Shown: piece after piece, positions 1-8,588 of the stretch
How positions within the stretch are numbered: position 1 is the stretch's first letter
Layout: the number at the start of each line of letters is the position of its first letter
Assembly (NCBI GenBank): GCA_034723395.1
Contig: JAYEOW010000043.1
Span: forward strand, 1 to 29,467
Length of the DNA stretch: 29,467 bases
From: Candidatus Margulisiibacteriota bacterium
GTDB lineage: Bacteria > Margulisbacteria > WOR-1 > O2-12-FULL-45-9
Direction of reading: 5' to 3'
Notes under the pieces: model-generated
Database searches by the model: none
What the model was told of the DNA's origin: nothing
Seen by the model: only the letters and a program-made list of their open reading frames with translations
Position numbers and translations under genes: made by a program

Positions 1-1
1 T

Positions 2-1108
2 CCCGCCGGCTACCGTAGGACGGAGAAAAGGGACGCCTTTATCGGAAAACGGAGAGAGTTCGAAGTAAAGATTGAGCAGGCGAGAAAATTGTTAAGCCAG
101 GGGAAAGGGGCGAGGGTAGAAAATTTAGATGTCCGCGAACTGACCGTTTATCACGCTAATCGGGCAAATCCATCCGGAGGGAGTTATGAGGGGAAAGAGA
201 GATATCTGATCATCAATAAGATCGGTTCGGGGGGGATGGCGTCGGTTTACAGCGCGTATAACCTTAGCCGAGACAGGCATGAAGTATTGAAGATCGCCCG
301 ACCGGAGTATGCCGAAAATACGGAATTTAGGGCGCGTTTTTTTAAAGAAGCCGAAAGACTGGAGTTTTTCCATTATCCCAGCAAACACCCCAACGTTGTG
401 CGTGTTTACGGTTCGGGAGAAATTGATGGTACCATTTTTATCGCGATGGAAAAGATCGACGGGATAAGTTTAGCGGACGTATTGGGAATAGCCGGCAGAT
501 TGCCGATCTTGGAAGCGACCAGGTTAATGGGGGTGATCGCTGCCACTTTTAAAGACCTTCACCAGGGCGGAATTGTCCACCGCGATATCAAACCCGAAAA
601 TATCATGCTGCAAATAGGGGAAAAAGGCAAAATAACGGTCAAGATCATCGATTTCGGGATTGCCAAGGATACGAGCGTGGTCAAGACCCTTACCCAGGCA
701 GGGACAATATTAGGAACTCCCGAATATATGCCGCTGGAACAGCTTTTAGGCAGAGAAATCGATCACCGCACCGATCTTTATTCGGAAGGGGCGCTTTTTT
801 TCGAAATGCTTACCGGCTCTTGCCCCATTCCCAGGGGTAAAACAGAATCATCAACAGCTTACCTGATGCGCGCCTTTGAGCGGTTAACAGTAGGGGCTGT
901 TCCCGATGTTGCCACCTATCTATATGATATAGACAAAAAGGGATTGGCCGGGGTGATCGGACAGATGAAAAATATATTTTTTAATACTTTAGGGCTCCAA
1001 AAGGATAGATACAGCGATGAAAATGTCTTTATCGCAGACCTGGGGAGATTAGAGGAAGTTTTTATCAAATACCAGGACCTAAAAAGGTCAGCCAACACGC
1101 GAACTTAA
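2..1108 (+). CDS. Hanks-type Ser/Thr protein kinase (5'-truncated by window edge)
   Basis: Motifs GSGGMASVY, VLK, HPNVV, HRDIKPEN, DFGIAK, GTPEYM, DLYS. The frame is open from position 2, so the TTG at 89 is probably not the true start. Confidence 0.93.
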   Translation, partial: PAGYRRTEKRDAFIGKRREFEVKIEQARKLLSQGKGARVENLDVRELTVYHANRANPSGGSYEGKERYLIINKIGSGGMASVYSAYNLSRDRHEVLKIARPEYAENTEFRARFFKEAERLEFFHYPSKHPNVVRVYGSGEIDGTIFIAMEKIDGISLADVLGIAGRLPILEATRLMGVIAATFKDLHQGGIVHRDIKPENIMLQIGEKGKITVKIIDFGIAKDTSVVKTLTQAGTILGTPEYMPLEQLLGREIDHRTDLYSEGALFFEMLTGSCPIPRGKTESSTAYLMRAFERLTVGAVPDVATYLYDIDKKGLAGVIGQMKNIFFNTLGLQKDRYSDENVFIADLGRLEEVFIKYQDLKRSANTRT

Positions 1109-1135
1109 TTATTTATTAAAAACATGAAAAAAAGT

Positions 1136-1162
1136 GAAATTTATTCCGAAATGTGCCGAAAA
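1136..1162 (+). promoter_or_regulatory. Putative sigma28 (FliA/WhiG)-like promoter GAAA-N15-GCCGAAAA
   Basis: Resembles the TAAA-N15-GCCGATAA consensus with an exact 15-nt spacer. The same architecture recurs at 6428 and 8543. Confidence 0.6.
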
Positions 1163-1172
1163 TATAATTGAG

Positions 1173-1628
1173 ATGAAAATGTCATTAATGAGAAGAATAA
1201 TTCTGCCTGCGGCGCTCGCGTTAGCGACCGTTTCGGTGACCGCGTGCAAGACCCGGGAGCAGGCGGCAAAAAGATATCTTGAAAAATGCGGCACAAAGCC
1301 GACCCCGGCGCTGATCAATAAATATTCAAAATTAGCAAGACCGCGCTGGTTCAATAAGCTCCGCGGATTTTACATTAATGATAAGTGCCTGCCTAATGTT
1401 GTAGTTAGAGAGAGAGTAGTGGAAAAGATAAAGACGGTTAAAGTCCCGAAAGAATGCCCGATGTGCCCGACCGAAGTAATGCCGCAGCCCGATCCGAAGG
1501 CTCCCGATCGGGGAATGCGTCCGTCGAGGCGCAGAAGAAGGCGAAGGAACGGCCGGCCAAAGCCGATGAGGCCGGTAGACAGTGGGATGAAGCCTGCGAT
1601 GAGGCCGGGCGGAATGATCGAGATCTAA
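1173..1628 (+). CDS. Putative lipoprotein with Pro/Arg-rich C-terminal tail
   Basis: MKMSLMRRIILPAALALATVSVTA-C is a signal peptide with a lipobox-like VTAC. Start moved from GTG 1134, which overlaps the promoter motif, to ATG 1173 (1179 or 1188 also possible). Confidence 0.7.
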   Translation: MKMSLMRRIILPAALALATVSVTACKTREQAAKRYLEKCGTKPTPALINKYSKLARPRWFNKLRGFYINDKCLPNVVVRERVVEKIKTVKVPKECPMCPTEVMPQPDPKAPDRGMRPSRRRRRRRNGRPKPMRPVDSGMKPAMRPGGMIEI

Positions 1629-1644
1629 TAGGAGTGATATTAAG

Positions 1645-3303
1645 ATGAGCGATATAATTAGTGTATGTTCAGACCGGGGAGTAAAGGTTGGCTCGAACGC
1701 GCCGATCGACCGGCAGGCGTTCGATCTTTTGCTCGATCTCGAAAACCTTTTTAACGCGCTGGCAATAACCGCCGCGGGATCAAAAAAGATCCTCGGGACG
1801 ATGAATAATGGTGATAGCGCAAACAATCTCAAACCGCTTTCGGCCGAGGGTAAACAGATCGTTTATAATGTTTTTGCTAACTACCGCAATGAGCCGGCTT
1901 CAAAAATATTCGCCCGCGCGATAGACAAGCGTAAAACTGATGGGCCGAAAAGCAGCCGGCTAAGCGACATCGAAACTTTGGCCGCGATCGTTGATGCGGC
2001 TAAAAAAGTTGAAGCTAAAGCGGGTAAGTTTTTAGTGAAACTTTCAGCCCGCGCCAAGCGGTTGCACGGAGCGATGTCTTCGGGAGTTTCGGTGTCAAAA
2101 GGGATCAGATTAACCATTAATCTGTTAAAAAGAAAGGTCCCGGCAAAATTTAAAGTCCGGGTTAACGCGGCAGCCAAAGCGGGGGATATCTCGGTAATTA
2201 TCCTTGGTATCTGCGGTAAGCATAAATATATCCCGCGCCGGGTGGTAAAACCCAGGAACGGGGGGCAAAAACCAAAACCAAAACCAAAACCAACTCCCCC
2301 TCCATGGTATTCGAAGCTTGATTACAGCGCGCGTTTAGGCTCCGGGTTTGCCCACATGATCACACGCCCCGAATCAATGGAAACTCTGGCTGCGGAACCG
2401 CGCGGAGCGCTCGCCCGCGGCGGAATAAGCGCCAGTTACCGCTTTAACCCGAAATACAAATTACAGCTCGATTACAATTCCGAGGTCCCGTTCGGGGTTA
2501 TCGGCGATGACAAAGAGGACCGGGTTGTTTCAAATTTCGATTCGGCTCGGATCTCGGCGATGATGAACCCGATCAACCGATTAAAAATGCTGGCCCAGCT
2601 TGGCTGGCAGTATTACCGCAATGACTACCCGGGCGAAAGGGTCGAAGACCTCAACGTTTTTACCCAAAAGCTCCGCTTGAATTACGAACCGATAGATAAT
2701 CTATCGGTCAACATCGATGAGAACCTGCAGGTGGGTTGGATAAACCAGTCCTTCCCGGCAGATAAGCAGTTTGCCGTAAGGGCATTGTTTAACGCGGGAG
2801 CCTCTTATGCCGTAAAACTAAAGGCTTTAAGCCTGGTCCCGTTTGCCGGAGGCACGATCGGGTATCTTATGGACCGCGAGCTGTTGGCTTACGGAGGATA
2901 TCTGGGGATGGGGATCGAGGCCGACAGCCACGAGGCGAATGTCCTTGCCTCATATAATAATGTAAAAGGGCTCACCACGACCGCCCGCTATTTTTACAAT
3001 ACCAGACGTTGGGGGGTAGGGGTCGAAGTTTTTTATAATCTGTATAAAAAAGGGCTGGTTGATACCGAGCTAAAAGAACAGACGGTTGGAGCGACTATTA
3101 CCGGACGGGCCGATTTGCTGAAAGTTAAGTTGTTGGGCGAAAAACATTTTGGAATAAAGCCGTTTGTAAGATATGCCCACGAGCTTAACTCGGGAGCTAA
3201 TGTAGCGCTCGGCGGACTTGAGTTTGCTTTCGGCGGATTGCTCCCGGCGCGGCCCTCAATGTTAAGGCCGTACAGTTTACAGGCGTTTCCGGAGGAGAAA
3301 TAA
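1645..3303 (+). CDS. Hypothetical protein: basic helical N-domain, PK linker, C-terminal outer-membrane beta-barrel-like region
   Basis: 552-aa ORF with SD-like AGGAG upstream. After the PKPKPKPTPPP linker there are alternating amphipathic strands rich in Y/G/F. No obvious signal peptide. Confidence 0.7.
   Translation: MSDIISVCSDRGVKVGSNAPIDRQAFDLLLDLENLFNALAITAAGSKKILGTMNNGDSANNLKPLSAEGKQIVYNVFANYRNEPASKIFARAIDKRKTDGPKSSRLSDIETLAAIVDAAKKVEAKAGKFLVKLSARAKRLHGAMSSGVSVSKGIRLTINLLKRKVPAKFKVRVNAAAKAGDISVIILGICGKHKYIPRRVVKPRNGGQKPKPKPKPTPPPWYSKLDYSARLGSGFAHMITRPESMETLAAEPRGALARGGISASYRFNPKYKLQLDYNSEVPFGVIGDDKEDRVVSNFDSARISAMMNPINRLKMLAQLGWQYYRNDYPGERVEDLNVFTQKLRLNYEPIDNLSVNIDENLQVGWINQSFPADKQFAVRALFNAGASYAVKLKALSLVPFAGGTIGYLMDRELLAYGGYLGMGIEADSHEANVLASYNNVKGLTTTARYFYNTRRWGVGVEVFYNLYKKGLVDTELKEQTVGATITGRADLLKVKLLGEKHFGIKPFVRYAHELNSGANVALGGLEFAFGGLLPARPSMLRPYSLQAFPEEK
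2269..2292 (+). repeat. (AAACCA)x4 tandem repeat encoding the KP linker
   Basis: Directly visible perfect hexamer repeat. Confidence 0.85.
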
Positions 3304-4653
3304 ATGGTAGTTTCCGGCCCACCACCGAAAATAGGATCGACCCAGATCGTGGATGCGGCAAAACAGAGGATGGGCTTTTTGCAGCGGCATCCGCGTTTTA
3401 GGAACGCCCTGCTCAAATGGGCTCCGGCCGGAGGCGTTTTGGCTTTTGCTGCCGACCGTGCAGCTTCGGGGCTAGCTACTACTCCCGAAAGTTTGCTCTT
3501 TTCGGCCCTTGTCGGCGCGCTTGTCACGCTAGGCCTCGGCTGGATGGTAAATGTTATCGGTGGTGATAAACTGGTTGCCCAAGAGATGCAGTTACTGCAG
3601 GGTGAACTTGAAGCGGAGCGGGTGCGTTGCGGCGAGTGGGAGACTTACGCGGAGGAGCTGAATGAAGAACTTGGCAGGACGGGCGGAGAGTTTAAGCCCG
3701 AAGCCTTGATCTATTTACACGGTGAAGCAAAGGCGAAGTATAAAGTAATTAAAGTGTTGGGGGAAGGGGCGTTTGCAGTGGCGGTATTGGTCCACAATGA
3801 AACGCTGGGCAGGGAAGAGGTGTTGAAATGCTATCATCTTCAACATCTGGATAACGAAAACGCCCTGAAAAGCTTCGATAGGGAATGCATGACTTTAGCC
3901 GGTTTGTCGACAGGTAATCTTCATATACCGGAAATTTATGAGTATTTTTCTTATGATCCGGCGATGGACCCCTCACGGCAGCGGCTGTTAAATGGCCGCC
4001 CGGGTTTTTCCATGCAGTATGTTAAAGGGGAAGAGTTAACAAATTTAATTAGAAAAGGCCGGCTGAGCGTTGAAAAAGCGATAGGAATTACCCTGCAAAT
4101 TATAGAGGGGTTGGAGCCGGTCCACGCGAAAGGGGTTATTCACCGCGACCTGAAACCGGACAATATCAAAATTACAAAAGACGGGAAAGCATATTTGTTG
4201 GATTTTGGGATTGCCAAGGCGGTATCCGGGACGACCGTCAACCGGACCCAGCAGGCGATGGGGACGCCCGAATACATGTCCGTAGAACAATGGGATACTA
4301 CAAAAGGGATCGACGGGAGAACGGACCAATATTCGATAGGTGTAATTTTGTGGGAGATGCTGCACGGCGTTGTCCCTTTTCCAGCCAAAAACATTAATGA
4401 AGCGATGCATAACGCGTTTCACGCGCAAATCCCTGAAATTGGCGATTTTGGGGATGTCACGGCACATTTGAAGCATATATTAACAAAGATGCTGGCCAGA
4501 GACGCGGGGCAGCGTTACCCGTCCCTGAGTTTATTAAAAGAGCATTTAAAGAAAACGCTCGGAAAAGTCCAGGCAGTCAGCTATGAGATCGGAAACGAGG
4601 ATACAAGGTTAGGGCCTAATCCTTTACTGACCAAACAAGGGCGATCTGAATAA
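3304..4653 (+). CDS. Membrane-anchored Hanks-type Ser/Thr protein kinase
   Basis: N-terminal hydrophobic segment(s), an acidic coiled-coil, then GEGAFAVA, VLK, HRDLKPDN, DFGIAK, GTPEYMS. The ATG directly follows the stop of the upstream gene (TAAATG). Confidence 0.93.
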   Translation: MVVSGPPPKIGSTQIVDAAKQRMGFLQRHPRFRNALLKWAPAGGVLAFAADRAASGLATTPESLLFSALVGALVTLGLGWMVNVIGGDKLVAQEMQLLQGELEAERVRCGEWETYAEELNEELGRTGGEFKPEALIYLHGEAKAKYKVIKVLGEGAFAVAVLVHNETLGREEVLKCYHLQHLDNENALKSFDRECMTLAGLSTGNLHIPEIYEYFSYDPAMDPSRQRLLNGRPGFSMQYVKGEELTNLIRKGRLSVEKAIGITLQIIEGLEPVHAKGVIHRDLKPDNIKITKDGKAYLLDFGIAKAVSGTTVNRTQQAMGTPEYMSVEQWDTTKGIDGRTDQYSIGVILWEMLHGVVPFPAKNINEAMHNAFHAQIPEIGDFGDVTAHLKHILTKMLARDAGQRYPSLSLLKEHLKKTLGKVQAVSYEIGNEDTRLGPNPLLTKQGRSE

Positions 4654-4655
4654 GT

Positions 4656-4888
4656 GGGATAAATTATGATGGACATGATAGCGCCGGTACAAAATTTAAT
4701 AATACAATCAGATCCAAAGCCTCACAGCGCGTTATCTGCAGATAAGAAGCAATCTAAGCACTTCTGACGATACAATAGCCGACGCCGATCATTATTATGT
4801 CAGCTACATAAGGCCGGCAATGGGCGGAACGCTTGGAATATCGTGGATCCAGGTTGGCTTGGGAGCTATAACCGAAACATCTTCATAA
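4656..4888 (+). pseudogene. Mosaic relic: 5' end of the 649-aa gene + 3' part of a paralog of it + internal fragment of a porV paralog
   Basis: 4656-4710 is identical to 6485-6539. 4706-4776 matches 8328-8398 (59/71 by hand count). 4779-4885 matches 23390-23496 (97/107). Frameshift at the first junction; TAA at 4886. Confidence 0.9.
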
Positions 4889-4900
4889 CTCGAAAAGCCC

Positions 4901-4929
4901 TTGACAGATTAGCAAAAATAAAGCACACT
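4901..4929 (+). promoter_or_regulatory. Sigma70-type promoter TTGACA-N17-CACACT
   Basis: Perfect -35 and 17-nt spacer; an in-frame ATG begins 7 nt after the -10. Confidence 0.6.
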
Positions 4930-4935
4930 TTAGAT

Positions 4936-6165
4936 ATGCAAGGCAAAAGTGAATATATATTTAGATACCTGGAAAAAGCCCTAAGAAAGCTGATAAAAAA
5001 GAGATATTCGGCTTTGATCTTAGGTCCCCGACAGGTTGGGAAAACGACCACCGTCAGCAAATGCCTTGAAGATGTTGGAAATACTATTGAATATCCGCTG
5101 CAGGATCCATCAGTAAGGATTGAGCTGGAGGCAAACCCCTCCAGGATTATCGGCCAGGTTCAGGCACAAAAAGGTAGGCCGTACCTCTTTATCGATGAAG
5201 CTCAGAAGATACCAAAGATATTCGACGCGGTCCAGTTCCTGATCGACAATAAAAACGCTCAATGTATTTTAACCGGCTCTTCCGCCCGCAAATTGAGAAG
5301 GCATGGGGTAAATCTCCTTCCGGGAAGGGTCAAATATTTTCATATGGACCCGCTGGCATGGGGTGAATTAGGATTAGTAAAAGAGAATAATATCCTTCCC
5401 ATTAAAACGGCGAATATTAATAAAAAGGGCGATTACTCATTTGAGGAAGTCCTGGTTTATGGCTCTTTACCGGGGATCGCCTGCCTGCCCGAAAGGGAAC
5501 GCAAGGATTTCCTTAAATCCTATGCCAATATTTATCTCGAAGAAGAGATACGGGCGGAGGCTTTAAGCCGGAAGATCGGCGCTTTCTCAAGGTTCCTTGA
5601 ACTTGCCGCGGCCGGGTCGGGTTCGAGCCCCAATTTTACAAAATTATCCAATGAAGCCGGCGTCAGCCAGCCGGCGATCAAGGAATTCTACCGCATACTG
5701 GAAGACACCCTGATCGTAGAGAGGGTGGACCCGTATTTAAAAAGTGCGCGTAAGAGGATATTGTCTTCTTCACGCTATTATTTTTTTGATATAGGGGTCA
5801 GGAACGCCCTCGCGCGGGTCCCTCTGACCCGTCGCTCTATCAACGCCCAAAAAGGGGTTGTATTTGAACACGCGGTAATGCTTGAGATTATCCGGAGGAT
5901 CAGGATCCTCAATAAAAATTACAGGGTGTGCTACTGGAGGACCTCCGGCGGGGCCGAGGTGGATTGCGTTATTGATCTCGGGAACGCAATTATTCCGATT
6001 GAGATTAAAAGTTCGGCTTCTGTGGCCCTTTCAGAGATAAAAGGGTTAAAAAGCTTTCTGGATGATTATAAAAAAACGGCAAAGCATGGTTATGTCATTA
6101 CTATGGGAAACAGGAAGGAAAAACTATCTGATAATATCACCGCCTTACCCTGGTCATGCTTATGA
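4936..6165 (+). CDS. AAA+ ATPase, AAA_14 + DUF4143 family
   Basis: Walker A GPRQVGKTT, Walker B LFIDEAQ, LTGSS, YFFDIG, and C-terminal YWRT..EVD..IEIKS (PD-(D/E)xK-like). The ORF-track start at 4843 lies inside the porV relic, so the start was moved to ATG 4936. Confidence 0.92.
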   Translation: MQGKSEYIFRYLEKALRKLIKKRYSALILGPRQVGKTTTVSKCLEDVGNTIEYPLQDPSVRIELEANPSRIIGQVQAQKGRPYLFIDEAQKIPKIFDAVQFLIDNKNAQCILTGSSARKLRRHGVNLLPGRVKYFHMDPLAWGELGLVKENNILPIKTANINKKGDYSFEEVLVYGSLPGIACLPERERKDFLKSYANIYLEEEIRAEALSRKIGAFSRFLELAAAGSGSSPNFTKLSNEAGVSQPAIKEFYRILEDTLIVERVDPYLKSARKRILSSSRYYFFDIGVRNALARVPLTRRSINAQKGVVFEHAVMLEIIRRIRILNKNYRVCYWRTSGGAEVDCVIDLGNAIIPIEIKSSASVALSEIKGLKSFLDDYKKTAKHGYVITMGNRKEKLSDNITALPWSCL

Positions 6166-6427
6166 TCCCCGGAATATCTTGTGTTCCATAAATTCCTGTT
6201 GGACTTCCTCTTTGAGATAAGTTTCCACACAACTTTTTAACAGGCGAATTTTAGCTAACAGGGATGCAGGGGCAGGGTGATTGCCCGGTCTCCCAGCAGA
6301 TTTACGCCGGCGCGCTTTAATTTACAGACAATATTTGCGGGGCGAGATTGTTTGTTTCAGTCGGTTACGAATAATGTTCATCGGATATCGCTTACGGGAA
6401 ATTTTTTAAACAATTTGCTAAAAAAGT

Positions 6428-6454
6428 GAAATCGGCGCCAAAAGATGATGATAA
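6428..6454 (+). promoter_or_regulatory. Putative sigma28-like promoter GAAA-N15-GATGATAA
   Basis: 15-nt spacer. Shares AAAAAAGTGAAAT (6420-6432) with the motif at 1128-1140. Confidence 0.5.
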
Positions 6455-6494
6455 TGATATAGGAAGAATAAATATTGCGGCAGGGGGATAAATT

Positions 6495-8444
6495 ATGATG
6501 GACATGATAGCGCCGGTACAAAATTTAATAATACAATCAATCCAGAGTGAGGATGGCGGGACGGCGGCAGCTGCCGGGACGGTAGAAAGACCTGCCGCTT
6601 ATGTTACGGCGGACGCTTTGGGGCATTTTGTCGCGGTCGAGACCCCATGGTATAAGAGCGCGATAAACTGGGTTTCTGACGTCTGGAGGGCCAAGTCTGA
6701 CGGCGCTCCGGGCTGCGGGATTGGCGCGGAATTAATGTTCGACAAAGCGCGAAGATCGGATGGAGGGGTAGGTCCCGACGCCTCTGATGGCGGGCCGGAC
6801 GCGGCGGACAGCGGCCCTGACGCGGCGGACGCGGATGCCGGAGTTTGTGTGGACAACAATCCTCCGGGCGTTTTTGGCACTACGCAGCCGGAGGATAACG
6901 CCAGCGATGTTTCACTGCGGCCGACCTTTGAATGGGCCAATTCGACCGATCCGGACGGCCACACGGTCACATACGACCTGATGATCGACACCAACGCGGA
7001 TTTTACCAGCGCGGTTACTTATGACGCGAGTACGCTAAGACAGTACACATTGACCGATCCTCTGGCCGCGGACACGACTTATTACTGGAGGGTAGTGGCG
7101 AGGGATGTTTGTGACGCGGAGACAGTAAGCCTGCCGAGCCCGGCTTTTAGTTTCAAGACTTTGGCCGATTGTTCGACCAATCCTGGGACGTTTGATTTGG
7201 TCGATCCGGCGGACCAGGCCGATTGGGTATCGCTTACGCCGACTTTAGACTGGACCGATTCGCTCGATCTTGATCCCGGGGATACGGTTACTTACCGGCT
7301 GGAGATAGCCGATAATGCCCAGTTTAATAATTCGACAGTTTACTCCGGTTTAACTGAGAGCGCTTATACATTAAATGCCGGGGAGGCTTTGGCAAACGGG
7401 CAGACATATCATTGGCGCGTTTTTGCCGAAGATGACTGCCAGAATGAGGTTGCGAGCACAACTACCTATGAATTTACCACCGAACCTGCCTGTATCCCGC
7501 AGACGATCCTGGAAACCGATTTTGTGACCGGGGATGGGACGGATGTGGTGGTGAATGCGGGAAGTGTTTCATTAGGGGAAGACTATAGTGCTTGGACAGC
7601 TCATTATGAAGGAGATGTTGATCCAACTACTGTTGGCTGGTCAGAACAGGCCTCAAGTGGATGGGTTATCAACCAGATTAATTCAGGGTCTTTGCATCTT
7701 TCAACGATTGGATTGAATGACTCTGGGAGATATGAAAGAAATGCTGTTCCGTTTGGAAATACAAACGGATGGATCATTGAAACAAAAATGAGAGTAGTTA
7801 CGTCAGAACCTGAGGTTGGAAGCGATTATGGCTGTGGAATGGTAATTGGTGATAATAACCGGGTTTTAAGGCCGAGATTTTATACGGATCGAGTTGATAC
7901 AAATGATTATACAGGCCAATTCCTTCTTGATGGAACACAAACCCACACATATCGATTTATAGGGCAGGGCGATGACTTTTTTGTTTATGTTGACGGAAAT
8001 CTTGCTATTGATGGAACAGGCCAAATGGTTATTAATGCTTTAAATAATCGTCTGTATTTTGGTGATATCGGCTCTGACCCAGATTGTGATGCGTATTGGA
8101 ATTATATTTATTATTATACATTGGGTACTTCTTTACCATATGCACCGACAGGAGAATACATCTCCTCAACCTACGATCTCGGAGCCAACCCAAACAACAT
8201 CGGCTCCGGCGCGACGCTGGTCTTTAACGGAAGTGTCCTCCCTTCAACAACAATTACGATCGATACCCGCAGTGGAGATACGGCAATTCCTGACGGTACC
8301 TGGTCGTCCTGGCAGGGATTGAGCGGGAATCAGATCCAAAGCCCTGAGGCACGTTATTTGCAGATAAGAAGTAATTTAAGCGCATCTGATGATACAATTA
8401 CGCCGCAGTTGGATGATTATACGGTAGATTATTGCGCGTATTAA
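6495..8444 (+). CDS. Acidic extracellular-type protein: GCG motif, GPDA linker, two FN3/Ig-like domains, lectin/ConA-like beta module
   Basis: 649 aa, SD GGGGGA. Two P..W..S.D.D...VTY.L.I...YYWRV.A.D repeats. C-terminal ARYLQIRSNL...TPQL domain. No classical signal peptide. Confidence 0.85.
   Translation: MMDMIAPVQNLIIQSIQSEDGGTAAAAGTVERPAAYVTADALGHFVAVETPWYKSAINWVSDVWRAKSDGAPGCGIGAELMFDKARRSDGGVGPDASDGGPDAADSGPDAADADAGVCVDNNPPGVFGTTQPEDNASDVSLRPTFEWANSTDPDGHTVTYDLMIDTNADFTSAVTYDASTLRQYTLTDPLAADTTYYWRVVARDVCDAETVSLPSPAFSFKTLADCSTNPGTFDLVDPADQADWVSLTPTLDWTDSLDLDPGDTVTYRLEIADNAQFNNSTVYSGLTESAYTLNAGEALANGQTYHWRVFAEDDCQNEVASTTTYEFTTEPACIPQTILETDFVTGDGTDVVVNAGSVSLGEDYSAWTAHYEGDVDPTTVGWSEQASSGWVINQINSGSLHLSTIGLNDSGRYERNAVPFGNTNGWIIETKMRVVTSEPEVGSDYGCGMVIGDNNRVLRPRFYTDRVDTNDYTGQFLLDGTQTHTYRFIGQGDDFFVYVDGNLAIDGTGQMVINALNNRLYFGDIGSDPDCDAYWNYIYYYTLGTSLPYAPTGEYISSTYDLGANPNNIGSGATLVFNGSVLPSTTITIDTRSGDTAIPDGTWSSWQGLSGNQIQSPEARYLQIRSNLSASDDTITPQLDDYTVDYCAY
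6771..6833 (+). repeat. 3 x 21-bp imperfect tandem repeat (GPDASDG/GPDAADS/GPDAADA linker)
   Basis: Visible in both DNA and protein. Confidence 0.8.
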
Positions 8445-8461
8445 ATTAAGCCTCTTATATT

Positions 8462-8491
8462 TTGCGCCACCCCGTTCCTAAGGTATATAAT
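8462..8491 (+). promoter_or_regulatory. Possible sigma70 promoter TTGCGC-N18-TATAAT
   Basis: Perfect -10; an ATG at 8499 opens only a 24-codon ORF. Confidence 0.4.
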
Positions 8492-8542
8492 ACCCTTGAT
8501 GCCTTGGCACCTGAAAACCTTGAAACCTTTTCCCATTTCAGC

Positions 8543-8569
8543 GAAATTTTCGCTAAAATGTGTCGATAT
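8543..8569 (+). promoter_or_regulatory. Putative sigma28-like promoter GAAA-N15-GTCGATAT for the giant-protein operon
   Basis: 15-nt spacer, followed by SD AAGGAG (8575-8580). Overlapped by the palindrome AGCGAAA-T-TTTCGCT (8540-8554). Confidence 0.6.
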
Positions 8570-8588
8570 ATAGAAAGGAGAGAATGAG

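Noticed and set aside
4706..4885. Diversity-generating retroelement template/variable repeat pair with 8328-8398 or 23390-23496
   Set aside because: Mismatches are not confined to adenines, many are synonymous C/T changes, and no reverse transcriptase is present in the window.
4843..4935. N-terminal extension of the ATPase in the ORF track
   Set aside because: It overlaps the porV relic and the predicted promoter; ATG 4936 fits better.
6166..6420. Small gene or ncRNA in the intergenic gap
   Set aside because: Only very short ORFs (e.g. minus-strand MNIIRNRLKQNNLAPQILSVN*) and no recognisable structure or promoter match.
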